DNA of 32,000 nucleotides from Kineococcus radiotolerans SRS30216 = ATCC BAA-149 (GTDB taxonomy: Bacteria; Actinomycetota; Actinomycetes; Actinomycetales; Kineococcaceae): contig NC_009664.2 of NCBI RefSeq assembly GCF_000017305.1, positions 150,001 to 182,000 on the forward strand, read 5' to 3'. Of the stretch, positions 8,663-16,970 are shown piece by piece. Each line of letters starts with the position of its first letter. The stretch's first letter is position 1. The position numbers and the translations under genes are program-made. The notes beneath the pieces are model-generated. The model searched no databases. It worked only from the letters and a program-made list of their open reading frames with translations, and had not been told where the DNA came from.

Positions 8663-10312
8663 ATGGTCCTGAGCGTGCGCAGCGCGTTGCTCCACCCCGT
8701 CGTGCGGGATGCCCGTCCCGAGCTGCTCAACGGGGAGGAGGGTCTGGACGCTCCCGTGCGGTGGGTGCACTCCAGCGAGATCTACGAGATCGGGCCGCTC
8801 CTGCAGGGCGGGGAACTCCTCCTGACCACCGGGCTGGGCGTCGCGACCGTCGACGCGGGGGCTCGCCGGCACTACGTCCGCGACCTCGCCACCCGCGGGG
8901 TCGCCGCCCTGGCGGTCGAAGTGGGCCGCTCCCTCCCGCAGGTCCCGCCGGAGATGGCCGACGAGGCGGCGCGTCGCGGGTTGCCGCTGGTGGTGCTGCA
9001 CGAGGTCGTCCCGTTCACCCGCATCTCCGAGACGCTGAACACGGCCATCATCGGCGGTGCGACGCTGCGGCTGCGCTTCGCCGAACGGGTCATCACGGCG
9101 GTGGAGGGCGCGCAGGTCGAGGAGCGGGGGTTGTCGGGGCTGCTGTCGGCGGTGGGCGACCTGGTCCAGCGCTCGCTCGTCCTCGTCTCGGCCGGGGGCG
9201 CGCTCGTCGCGGCGGCGGGGACCTCCTCCGACCGGGACGCCTGGCGGGTCCTGGAGGCGGGTGGCCCGCGGGCGTCGATCTCGGTCCGCGGCCGGGCCTG
9301 GGGCGTGGTCGCCGCCGCTCCCGCGGCGCTGCCCGGCCCGGGGTCCGACCCCGGCGGGGACGAGGACGACGTGGCCACCGCGTTGCGCTGGCTCGTCCCC
9401 GCCCTGGCCATGGAGGTCGTGCGCACCCACCGGGCTCCCAGCCGCCCCGACCAGCTCGCCGAGCGGCTGCTGTCCGAACTCGTCGACGGAACCGCCCCCG
9501 CCGACACCGACGTCCTCGTCCGGGCGGGCGCGGCGGGGTTCCACCCGGGCGTGGGGGACGTCGTGGTCGCCGTCGCGGTCGACGCCCCCGAGAGCCGGTC
9601 CGGCCTGTCGGTGCTGGAGTCCGCCGCCCGCGTGACGGGAGGGGTGCTGCTGCGCGGGCGCGTCGGAGCGGAGGTGCTGGGGCTGTTCGCCCTCGCCGAG
9701 CGCGGTGACCAGGTGCGGGTCGTGACCGCCGCCGTCGAGCGGGCCTGGCAGCGTGCGGGCCGCCCGCCCCTGCGGGCCGCGGTGGGTGACCCGGTGCGCT
9801 CGGACCGCGCCGCGGGCGGCTGGCGGTGGTCCCTGGGCCGGGCGCGGGCGGCCCTGGCCGTGGCGGGCACCACCCGCCCGCCGCTGCCGGAAGCGGGCAC
9901 GCCGGTGACCACGAGCCGGACGTGGGCCCTGGACCTGCTCCTGCGCGACGCCGACGTCGACGTCGAGGACCTGGTCGAGGCGACGCTGCACCCGCTGCGA
10001 CGGTGGGACGAGCGGCACGGGAGCGAACTCATCCGCACCGTCGAGACGCACCTGCGCCTGGGCTGCTCCCCCGGTCGCACGGCCGCAGCCCTGTCCATCG
10101 GCCGCCAGACCACCTACCAGCGGCTGCGCCGGGCCGAGGAGCTCCTGGGCCACCCCCTCGACGACGCCGACGCCCACGCGGGGCTGCTGCTGGCCACCGC
10201 CGCCGCCCGCCTGGGCGGTGGGCCGCCCACCCGGTCCGGCCCCGTCCCGGGCGGGGCGGTCAGCGGCGACCGGGGTGCGTCCCCGGTAGGTGCGGAGAAC
10301 CGGAACCGGTGA
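8663..10312 (+). CDS. pucR: PucR-family transcriptional regulator (second paralog)
   Basis: N-terminal VRWVHSSEIYEIGPLLQGGELLLTTG...GLPLVVLHEVVPFTRISE, and C-terminal HTH LIRTVETHLRLGCSPGRTAAALSIGRQTTYQRLRRAEELLG. The start is set at ATG 8663 (MVLSVRSALL). It is divergent from the deaminase-permease operon. Confidence 0.85.
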   Translation: MVLSVRSALLHPVVRDARPELLNGEEGLDAPVRWVHSSEIYEIGPLLQGGELLLTTGLGVATVDAGARRHYVRDLATRGVAALAVEVGRSLPQVPPEMADEAARRGLPLVVLHEVVPFTRISETLNTAIIGGATLRLRFAERVITAVEGAQVEERGLSGLLSAVGDLVQRSLVLVSAGGALVAAAGTSSDRDAWRVLEAGGPRASISVRGRAWGVVAAAPAALPGPGSDPGGDEDDVATALRWLVPALAMEVVRTHRAPSRPDQLAERLLSELVDGTAPADTDVLVRAGAAGFHPGVGDVVVAVAVDAPESRSGLSVLESAARVTGGVLLRGRVGAEVLGLFALAERGDQVRVVTAAVERAWQRAGRPPLRAAVGDPVRSDRAAGGWRWSLGRARAALAVAGTTRPPLPEAGTPVTTSRTWALDLLLRDADVDVEDLVEATLHPLRRWDERHGSELIRTVETHLRLGCSPGRTAAALSIGRQTTYQRLRRAEELLGHPLDDADAHAGLLLATAAARLGGGPPTRSGPVPGGAVSGDRGASPVGAENRNR

Positions 10313-11609
10313 GCATCTCGCGCAGCGAACCCCGCCGCGGCTGCGCGGGCAGCAGTCCCCTGGCCCGCAGCAGCGGCATCACGTCGGCGATGAAGTCGCG
10401 GTAGGACTCCGTCCCGCCGAAGGTGAACTCCACGAGGAAGCCGTCGACGTCGGTGGCCTCGACGATGGACTCGATCTCGTCGGCGACCTGCGCCGGGGTC
10501 CCGGTGACCTTGAATCCGCCCATGGTCTCGCGCAGACCGTCGAGGACCTGCCCCACGGTCAGCGAGGGGTCCTGGTACTGCCGCAGGAGGCTCTGGCCGA
10601 CCTCGGTGGAGATGTCCTGCAGGGTGGCGGCCGGGTCGAAGCGGGTCAGGTCGATCCCGGACCACCCCAGGAACAGGGCGGCCATCGCCTCCCGGCTCGG
10701 GGCGTCGGTCAGCTCGCGCCGCAGCCGGCGAGCCTTCTCCTCCGTGTCCCCGACGACGACCGACAACCCGTTGACCACCTTGACGCCGTCCCGTGGGCGT
10801 CCCCGCTCCTGCGCGCGGTCGCGCAGGTCCCGCACCAGCGCCGCGGCGGCCTCGACGTCGCGTTCCTGGGTGAAGATGCACTCGGCGTAGGTGGCGGCGA
10901 AGTTCTTGCCCGCCACCGACGCCCCGGCCTGGAACAGGGTCGGGGTCCGCTGCGGGGACGGCGCGATCGGGTAGTAGCCGTCGAGGGCGAAGAACGGGCC
11001 GTCGTGGTGCAGGCGGTGCACCTTGGCCGGGTCGGTGAAGACCCCGCTCGCCTTGTCCATCGGCTGCGCCTGCTCGTCCCACCCCTTCTCCCACAACGTC
11101 AGGCACAGGGAGACGAAGTCGTCGGCGCGGGCGTAGCGGGTGTCGTGCGCCGTGACCGCCCCCTCGCCGAGCAGCCGGACGAGGGCGTCCTGCATGTCGG
11201 AGGTGACGATGTTCCACCCCACCCGCCCGTTCGTGAGGTGGTCGAGGGTGGAGTACTTGCGGGCCAGCAGGTAGGGCCGTTCCGCGGTCGTCGACGAGGT
11301 GACGACGAAGCCCAGCCGGTCCACGGTCGCGGCCAGCCCCGACAGCAGCAGGGGTGCGTCGTGGACGGGGAACTGCACCGCCTCGCGCACGACGACCTCG
11401 GGGACCTCCCCCTCCGGGGTCATCGGGTAGGCGAGGGCCTCGGCGAAGAAGAGGAAGTCGAAACCCCCGGCGTCCAGCTGGCGCGCCAGCTCCTGCCAGT
11501 GAGCCATCCCGGCGTACCCCTCGGGCTGGGCCAGAGGATGGCGCCAGGAGTTGGCCAGGAACGTGGGGGCCATGACCTCGAAGGCCCCCAGGACCAGCTG
11601 CTTGCTCAT
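10260..11609 (-). CDS. Luciferase-like (LLM) flavin-dependent monooxygenase, NtaA/SnaA/DszA(RutA-related) family
   Basis: 449 aa from ATG 11609 (MSKQLVLGAFEVMAPTFLANSWRHP...GFDFLFFAEAL...GRVGWNIVTS...HDGPFFALDGYYPIAPSPQRTPTLFQAGAS). ATGA overlap with the upstream deaminase gene. The 562-aa track ORF is an over-extension. Confidence 0.85.
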   Translation of the reverse strand: MSKQLVLGAFEVMAPTFLANSWRHPLAQPEGYAGMAHWQELARQLDAGGFDFLFFAEALAYPMTPEGEVPEVVVREAVQFPVHDAPLLLSGLAATVDRLGFVVTSSTTAERPYLLARKYSTLDHLTNGRVGWNIVTSDMQDALVRLLGEGAVTAHDTRYARADDFVSLCLTLWEKGWDEQAQPMDKASGVFTDPAKVHRLHHDGPFFALDGYYPIAPSPQRTPTLFQAGASVAGKNFAATYAECIFTQERDVEAAAALVRDLRDRAQERGRPRDGVKVVNGLSVVVGDTEEKARRLRRELTDAPSREAMAALFLGWSGIDLTRFDPAATLQDISTEVGQSLLRQYQDPSLTVGQVLDGLRETMGGFKVTGTPAQVADEIESIVEATDVDGFLVEFTFGGTESYRDFIADVMPLLRARGLLPAQPRRGSLREMLTGSGSPHLPGTHPGRR

Positions 11610-12661
11610 GCCCTCGCCTGCCCCGCCGTCGCCAGTCGGGCGATGCGGTCCTCGACCTGCGTCCGCAGGGTCTGCTTGTCGCTCTCGTCCAGCCAGCAAC
11701 CGTCGACGGCGTTGCGGGTGAACTGCGCCAGCTCGTCCAGGCCGTAGCCCAGGGCCCGGGCGAGCACGCGGTAGTCGTGGGTGGGGTCCGTCCCGAACAT
11801 GGGCGGGTCGTCGGAGTCGATGGTCACGCACAACCCGGCGTCGACCATCTCGCGGATGCGGTGGTGGGTCCCGTCGCCGCTGCCCGAGTACCTCCCGATG
11901 TCCGAGCTCACGGGGGTGCAGGTGAAGGGGATGCGCTCGCTCACGCAACGGGCGGTGAGGTCGGGGTCGTCGACGACGTGGTAGCCGTGGTCGATCCGTT
12001 CCCCGCCCAGCAGGTCGAGGATGGTCTCGACGTGGTGGGGAGGCCCGGACTCCGAGTGCGCGGTGCGGTGCAGCCCGGCGCGCCCGGCGAGGGCGAAGGC
12101 CCGCCAGAACTTCTCCGGGGGCCCGATGGCCTCGGAGTAGTCCAGTCCGACCCCCAGGACCTCCTCGCGCCGGTCGGCGATCACCTCCTCGACGAGCTGG
12201 AGACCCGCGGCGGCGCTGTCGTTGCGGTTCAGGGCGACGACGAGACCGGAGGCGATGCCGGTGTCGGCACGGGCGTCGCGTGCACCGGCGATGACCCCGT
12301 CGAGGATGGTGGCGTAGGGAACGCCGGGGTGGCCGGGTGGGCTGAGCATGATCTCGCGGTACAGCACACCGTGAGCGGCGCCACCCGCGGTGAGGGACTC
12401 GTACGTCACCCGGTGGAAGTCGTCCGCGTCGCGGATGACGGCCCCCACGACGTCGAGCACCCGCAGGAACTCGTCGAGGTCGTCGTAGCTCTCGTGGTCG
12501 TAGAGGTCGTCCGCCGTGCAGCCGGGGCGCCCCACCGCCGCGTCGAGGTCCACGTCGTGCTTGCGGGCCAGTTCGAGGACGGTGCTCGCCGACACCGACC
12601 CGATGAGGTGGGTGTGCAGCGACACCTTGGGCAGCCGGGCCGTGAGCTCGTCGAGGTCCAT
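11606..12661 (-). CDS. Adenosine/adenine deaminase-family amidohydrolase
   Basis: 351 aa. LPKVSLHTHLIGS (HxH metal site), HRTAHSES, IDHGYH and TIDSDDPPMFG match the adenosine deaminase superfamily signature. Confidence 0.85.
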   Translation of the reverse strand: MDLDELTARLPKVSLHTHLIGSVSASTVLELARKHDVDLDAAVGRPGCTADDLYDHESYDDLDEFLRVLDVVGAVIRDADDFHRVTYESLTAGGAAHGVLYREIMLSPPGHPGVPYATILDGVIAGARDARADTGIASGLVVALNRNDSAAAGLQLVEEVIADRREEVLGVGLDYSEAIGPPEKFWRAFALAGRAGLHRTAHSESGPPHHVETILDLLGGERIDHGYHVVDDPDLTARCVSERIPFTCTPVSSDIGRYSGSGDGTHHRIREMVDAGLCVTIDSDDPPMFGTDPTHDYRVLARALGYGLDELAQFTRNAVDGCWLDESDKQTLRTQVEDRIARLATAGQARA

Positions 12662-12711
12662 GCGGTCATCCTGCCCGTGCGCCGGGCGCCGTCCCGGGTG
12701 CGGCGCCGACC

Positions 12712-12860
12712 GGTAACACGATGGAAACGCGGGTGGCGACGGAGGGGACGGGGACCGGGGTGCCCGCCCGGCCCGCGTCCACGGACGGAGCCCGCCACCC
12801 GCCGTTCCCGGTGAGGACCACGAAACGCAGAAGTAGTCCGGGGGTAACCAGCCGGAAACG
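12712..12860. promoter_or_regulatory. Two copies of GGTAAC-N5-GGAAACG in a divergent intergenic region (candidate operator pair)
   Basis: ggtaacacgatggaaacg at 12712-12729 and ggtaaccagccggaaacg at 12843-12860. They lie in the 221-bp gap between the deaminase start (12661, minus) and the amidohydrolase start (12883, plus). The second copy contains the same CCGGAAAC core as the 5963/5974 repeats. Confidence 0.25.
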
Positions 12861-12882
12861 GTTCGCGCGTTAACTACCTCTC

Positions 12883-13704
12883 GTGACCCGGACCCACGAC
12901 GCGCACCGCCACCTCGGCCGGCTGCCGGCGTACCCCTTCTACGGCGGTCCTCCCGTCAACCCCGACACCACCGCTCGCGAGCAGATCGCCGACCTGCTCG
13001 ACGACCTGGACCACGAGGGCACCGAACGCGCCCTGCTGCTGCCCAACTACGGCGTGCCGGTCGCCGAGGCCTCCTTCGCGCTGAACGACCTCGTGCTGGA
13101 GACCACCGCGAAGGACGACCGGTTCGTCTGCGGGCTGTGGACCTCACCGCGCAGCGAGGACGCCGCCCTCACCGACGCCGCTCTGGCGCTGGCCGGCGAA
13201 CCCGGCGTGGTCGCGCTGAAGACGAGCTTCCTGCTCGGCGGCGGGGTCGACGACCCGACCTCCCAGCCGCAGATCGAGAGGATCTTCACCACCGCCCGCG
13301 AACGGGACCTCGTCGTCCACGTGCACACCTCTCCCGGGGCGGCCTCCGACATCGACGAGGTCGGCAAGCTCGTCGACCGCTACGGCGACGAGGTCCGCAT
13401 CCACCTCGTCCACCTCGGGGGCGGGATGAGCGCGCACATCAAGCTCATCGGCGGGCGGTTCTTCGACTGGATCGAGGCCGGCAAGAAGGTCTACACCGAC
13501 ACCAGCTGGGCCATCGGCTTCGCCCCCCGCTGGCTGGCCCGGGAGATCGAGCGCCGCGGCGTCGGCGGGGACCGCGTCCTGTTCGCCAGCGACGAACCCT
13601 GGGGCGACCACGCAGGCGAACTGGCCCGCATGCGGGCCGCCGCCGGCGACGGCGAGCTGGCCCGGATGTTCCTGCACGAGAACTTCTCCACCCTCTACGG
13701 CTGA
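12883..13704 (+). CDS. Metal-dependent amidohydrolase (amidohydrolase_2/TIM-barrel type)
   Basis: 273 aa, GTG start. N-terminal HDAHRHLG (HxH), VVHVHTS, IHLVHLGGG and LFASDEPWG resemble the metal ligand set of PF04909-like hydrolases. Same strand as, and 106 bp upstream of, the radical SAM cluster. Confidence 0.75.
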   Translation: MTRTHDAHRHLGRLPAYPFYGGPPVNPDTTAREQIADLLDDLDHEGTERALLLPNYGVPVAEASFALNDLVLETTAKDDRFVCGLWTSPRSEDAALTDAALALAGEPGVVALKTSFLLGGGVDDPTSQPQIERIFTTARERDLVVHVHTSPGAASDIDEVGKLVDRYGDEVRIHLVHLGGGMSAHIKLIGGRFFDWIEAGKKVYTDTSWAIGFAPRWLAREIERRGVGGDRVLFASDEPWGDHAGELARMRAAAGDGELARMFLHENFSTLYG

Positions 13705-13810
13705 CGAGCTCAGCCACCCCGAACCCCCGCCGCGCGGCGACCGCCCCGCGCCCGCACCGCGGCGGGTCACCTCCATCGAGAACCCACCCCACGAGCCAGG
13801 AGCAGCCACC

Positions 13811-14368
13811 ATGACCACCACGACCACCACCCCCGGCACCACCACCACCGAGGTCGAGGAGCAGATCAAGGCGAACATCGCCAAGTCCATCTCGGAGATC
13901 CCCCACCCCGCCCTGCCCAAGGGCAGCAACATCTACGGTTCCACCAAGATCTTCCCGGACTACCAGGCCGAGGACGGCGAGACCTACTTCACCCTCGTGC
14001 ACGGCATCGCCCACGAGTCCTCGGTCAGCTTCGTCGCCGTCCTGCAGGCGACCCGCGCCCTGCGCAAGGGCTTCGAGTCCGCGATCTACTTCTACGGCCC
14101 CGGGTCGATGAACTGCATCGCCACCCGCGGGTTCCCCACCACGGGCGACTCCGGGTTCCCCGGCGAGCAGAACATCAACGGCGCCCTGGAGACGTTCATC
14201 AGGGAGGGCGGCACCGTCTACTGCTGCCGCTTCGGCCTGGCCCTGCACGGCAACCGCGAGGAGGACCTCATCGAGGGCGTCATCCCCTGCCACCCCCTCG
14301 ACGTGCAGGACGCGATCATCCACTACGCCCGCAAGGGCGCCATCATCAACTCCACCTACATGGTCTGA
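13811..14368 (+). CDS. Sll0783/MSMEG_0572-like nitrogen-starvation-response family protein (function unknown)
   Basis: 185 aa; AGGAG lies 9 nt upstream of the ATG. The sequence (IYGSTKIFPDYQAEDGETYFTLVHG...YFYGPGSMNC...GGTVYCCRFGLALHG) and its first position in the cluster fit the small conserved protein of Nit1C-type clusters. The family assignment is from memory. Very high GC3. Confidence 0.7.
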   Translation: MTTTTTTPGTTTTEVEEQIKANIAKSISEIPHPALPKGSNIYGSTKIFPDYQAEDGETYFTLVHGIAHESSVSFVAVLQATRALRKGFESAIYFYGPGSMNCIATRGFPTTGDSGFPGEQNINGALETFIREGGTVYCCRFGLALHGNREEDLIEGVIPCHPLDVQDAIIHYARKGAIINSTYMV

Positions 14369-14392
14369 TCCCCGCGGGCGAGGGGAACGACG

Positions 14393-15517
14393 ATGAGCTG
14401 CCCGGACGCGATCGGTGCCGAGGACCGGGCCACGGCGGGAACCGTCTCCACTCGGGTCGACGTCGCGATCCGCGGTGTCCGCCTCGCCGCACCCGTGCGC
14501 CGCACCGGCGGAGCCGGTCCCAGCGACGACGGCCACGTGGTCCTCGGCGGTCTGGCCACCGCGCTGCCGCTGCGCTCGGACAGCCCCTACCTCGTCCGCG
14601 AGGGCCGGCTGGTCCGGGAGGACCCCCTCGGCGCCCTGCTGGAGGTCACCGACCTCGGCATCGAGGTGGAACCCGTGCAGCGGCCGAGGTTCTACGACCT
14701 CGCCACCACCGACGGGATCCCCTACGAGAAGATCGCGAAGCTGCACGGCCGCGACGTGCTCGCCACCACCGTCGTGCAGACCTGCTCGCGCTACGCCCCC
14801 GAGGACCGCTGCCGCTTCTGCGCGATCGAGTCCTCGCTGGAGTCGGGATCGACCATCGCGGTCAAGACCCCCGCGATGCTCGCCGAGGTCGCCGAGGCCG
14901 CGGTCCGCCTCGACGGGGTGAAACACGTGGTCATGACCACCGGGACCTCCACCGCCCCCGACCGCGGCGCGCGCCACCTCGCCCGCTGCGTCCGGGCGGT
15001 CACCGAGGCCGTGCCCGGCCTGCCCGTGCAGGTGCAGTGCGAACCCCCCGGTGACCTCGCCACCCTCACCGAGCTGAAGGACGCCGGCGCGAGCTCCATC
15101 GGCATCCACGTCGAGTCCCTCGACGAGGCCGTCCGCCGGCGCTGGATGCCGGGGAAGTCCACCGTCCCGATGGCGGAGTACCGCGCCGCCTGGACCGAGG
15201 CCGTCCGCGTGTTCGGGCGCAACCAGGTCTCCACCTACCTCCTCGTCGGCCTCGGGGAGGACCCCGACGAGCTCGTCGCCGGGGCCGAGGACCTCGTCGA
15301 GCTCGGCGTCTACCCCTTCGTCGTGCCCTTCCGGCCGCTGGCCGGAACCCTCGCGGTCGACGTCGACGGGGCGGGGGCCCCCGGGGCGGCCGTCCTGGAG
15401 GACGTCTCGCGCCGCGTCGCGAAGGCCCTGCGCGCGGGCGGGATGCGCGGTGCGGACCAGATGGCCGGCTGCGCGGCGTGCGGGGCCTGCTCCGTGCTGC
15501 AGAACCTGAACGGCTGA
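14393..15517 (+). CDS. Radical SAM protein (MSMEG_0568-like family)
   Basis: 374 aa. Cys triad CSRYAPEDRCRFC (Cx8Cx2C), then TIM-barrel-like VVMTTG, IGIHVESLD and YLLVGLGE, plus a C-terminal CAACGAC motif. Confidence 0.85.
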   Translation: MSCPDAIGAEDRATAGTVSTRVDVAIRGVRLAAPVRRTGGAGPSDDGHVVLGGLATALPLRSDSPYLVREGRLVREDPLGALLEVTDLGIEVEPVQRPRFYDLATTDGIPYEKIAKLHGRDVLATTVVQTCSRYAPEDRCRFCAIESSLESGSTIAVKTPAMLAEVAEAAVRLDGVKHVVMTTGTSTAPDRGARHLARCVRAVTEAVPGLPVQVQCEPPGDLATLTELKDAGASSIGIHVESLDEAVRRRWMPGKSTVPMAEYRAAWTEAVRVFGRNQVSTYLLVGLGEDPDELVAGAEDLVELGVYPFVVPFRPLAGTLAVDVDGAGAPGAAVLEDVSRRVAKALRAGGMRGADQMAGCAACGACSVLQNLNG

Positions 15518-15530
15518 AGGGGAGCGCCCG

Positions 15531-16970
15531 GTGGAACCACGGACCGCGCACGCCGACCCGCCCCCGCTGGAGGTGTCGATCCTGTCGGGTCTCCCCCGTC
15601 AGGTACCGCGCTTCCGGGTGGAGGTGGCCAGCCCCCAGGACGAGGCCGCGTACCTGACGCTGCGCCGCGACGTCTTCGTGGGGGAACAGGGCCTCTTCAC
15701 CGGCGACGACCGGGACGAGACCGACGACGACCCGCGCCGGCGGGTCCTCGTCGCCCGCACCCCGGAGGGGAGGGTCGTGGGTGGTGTCCGCCTCGCCCCG
15801 GCCACCGCCGGCCCCGACATCGGCTGGTGGCGCGGCAGCCGCCTCGTGGTCGCCACCGGCGCGCGCAGCCTCGGCGGCGTCGGGAGCGCCCTGGTCCGCG
15901 CGGCCTGCGCGCACGCCGAGGAGGTCGGCGCGCTGCGCTTCGAGGCGAGCGTGCAGGCCGCCAACGCGGTGCTGTTCCAGCGGCTGGGCTGGGAACGGGT
16001 GCGCGAGCTGGACCTGCACGGCACGCCGCACGTGCTGGTGCGCTACCCGGTGCAGCGCGTCCAGCGCCTGGTGGACGCCACCAAGGCGCCGCTGGCCGCT
16101 CTGCTCGCCGACCTGGGCGGCGGAGCGGACACCGGGGCGGGAGCGCTCGGTGGGGCGGGGTTCCGCGGTGACGACGGAGCCCCCGTGCCGGGCAGCGACC
16201 TGGTGGCGGCCTGCGACGCGATCGTGCCCTCGATGCTCGAGCGGGACCCGGTGTGGGCCGGCTGGTGCGCGGTGCTGGTCAACCTCAACGACCTCGCGGC
16301 GATGGGGGCCACCCCCGTGGGGATGCTCGACGCGCTCGCCGCCCGCGACGCGCACCAGGCGCAGCGCATCGTGTCCGGTCTCCGCGCCGCCGCCACCGCG
16401 TGGGGCGTCCCGGTCCTGGGTGGACACACGCAGCTGGGGGTCCCCGCGGCCCTGTCCGTCACCGCGCTGGGCCGCACCGGCTCCCCGGTTCCCGCCGGGG
16501 GCGGGCGCGCCGGCGACGAGGTGCGGCTGACGGCCGACCTGGGCGGTGGCTGGCGTCCCGGCTACCGCGGCGCGCAGTGGGACTCCACCTCCACCCGGCG
16601 CGGCGAGGACCTGCGCGCCATGGGCTCCTTCGTGGCCCGTTCGCGTCCCGACGCCGCCAAGGACGTCAGCATGGCCGGTCTCGTCGGCACGCTCGGCATG
16701 CTCGCCGAGGCCAGCGGCACCGGCGCGGAGATCGACGTGGCCGCCGTCCCCCGCCCCGGCGCGGCGAGCGTGGGCGACTGGTTCACCTGCTTCCCCGGGT
16801 TCGCGATGGTGACCGCCTCCCGCCCCGGGTGGGAACCGCAGCACGCAGGACCGGCCACGAGCGCAGCCTGCGGGCGCCTCGTGGCGGGAGAAGGGGTCGG
16901 CCTGCGCTGGCCCGACGGAGAGGTGACCCGGGCCGTCCGGGACACCGTGACGGGATGGGGACCGGCATGA
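15531..16970 (+). CDS. Fusion protein: GNAT N-acetyltransferase + PurM/AIR-synthase-like ATP-binding domain (MSMEG_0567 / Sll0786-Sll0787 type)
   Basis: N-terminal GNAT-like region: YLTLRRDVFVGEQGLF...GVGSALVRAACAHAEEVG...NAVLFQRLGWE. C-terminal PurM-superfamily motifs: GDDGAPV, LVAACDAIVP, NDLAAMGATP, VLGGHT. GTG start is preceded by AAGGGGAG. Confidence 0.85.
   Translation: MEPRTAHADPPPLEVSILSGLPRQVPRFRVEVASPQDEAAYLTLRRDVFVGEQGLFTGDDRDETDDDPRRRVLVARTPEGRVVGGVRLAPATAGPDIGWWRGSRLVVATGARSLGGVGSALVRAACAHAEEVGALRFEASVQAANAVLFQRLGWERVRELDLHGTPHVLVRYPVQRVQRLVDATKAPLAALLADLGGGADTGAGALGGAGFRGDDGAPVPGSDLVAACDAIVPSMLERDPVWAGWCAVLVNLNDLAAMGATPVGMLDALAARDAHQAQRIVSGLRAAATAWGVPVLGGHTQLGVPAALSVTALGRTGSPVPAGGGRAGDEVRLTADLGGGWRPGYRGAQWDSTSTRRGEDLRAMGSFVARSRPDAAKDVSMAGLVGTLGMLAEASGTGAEIDVAAVPRPGAASVGDWFTCFPGFAMVTASRPGWEPQHAGPATSAACGRLVAGEGVGLRWPDGEVTRAVRDTVTGWGPA

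Noticed and set aside
10260-10312. 53-bp convergent overlap between the 3' ends of the second PucR gene and the LLM monooxygenase gene
   Set aside because: It probably just reflects the disordered, poorly constrained C-terminal tails of both proteins (GGPPTRSGPVPGG... and ...GSPHLPGTHPGRR). An antisense regulatory interaction is possible, but nothing in the sequence supports it.
12870-12885. TAACTA hexamer 6 nt upstream of the GTG at 12883, suggesting a leaderless transcript
   Set aside because: The hexamer lacks the conserved final T of the actinobacterial TANNNT -10 box, and there is no -35 support. It is noted only because no SD precedes this start.
13726-13766. 9-bp GC-only inverted repeat (cccgccgcg / cgcggcggg) between the amidohydrolase and the cluster's first gene
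   Set aside because: It has a long 23-nt loop, no T-tract and an all-G/C stem, which is expected fairly often by chance at this GC content. That is not enough to call a terminator or attenuator.
13811-13852. (ACC)n-like microsatellite encoding MTTTTTTPGTTTT at the start of the Sll0783-like gene
   Set aside because: A short, in-frame low-complexity N-terminus, common in high-GC actinobacteria. There is no evidence of a phase-variation role.
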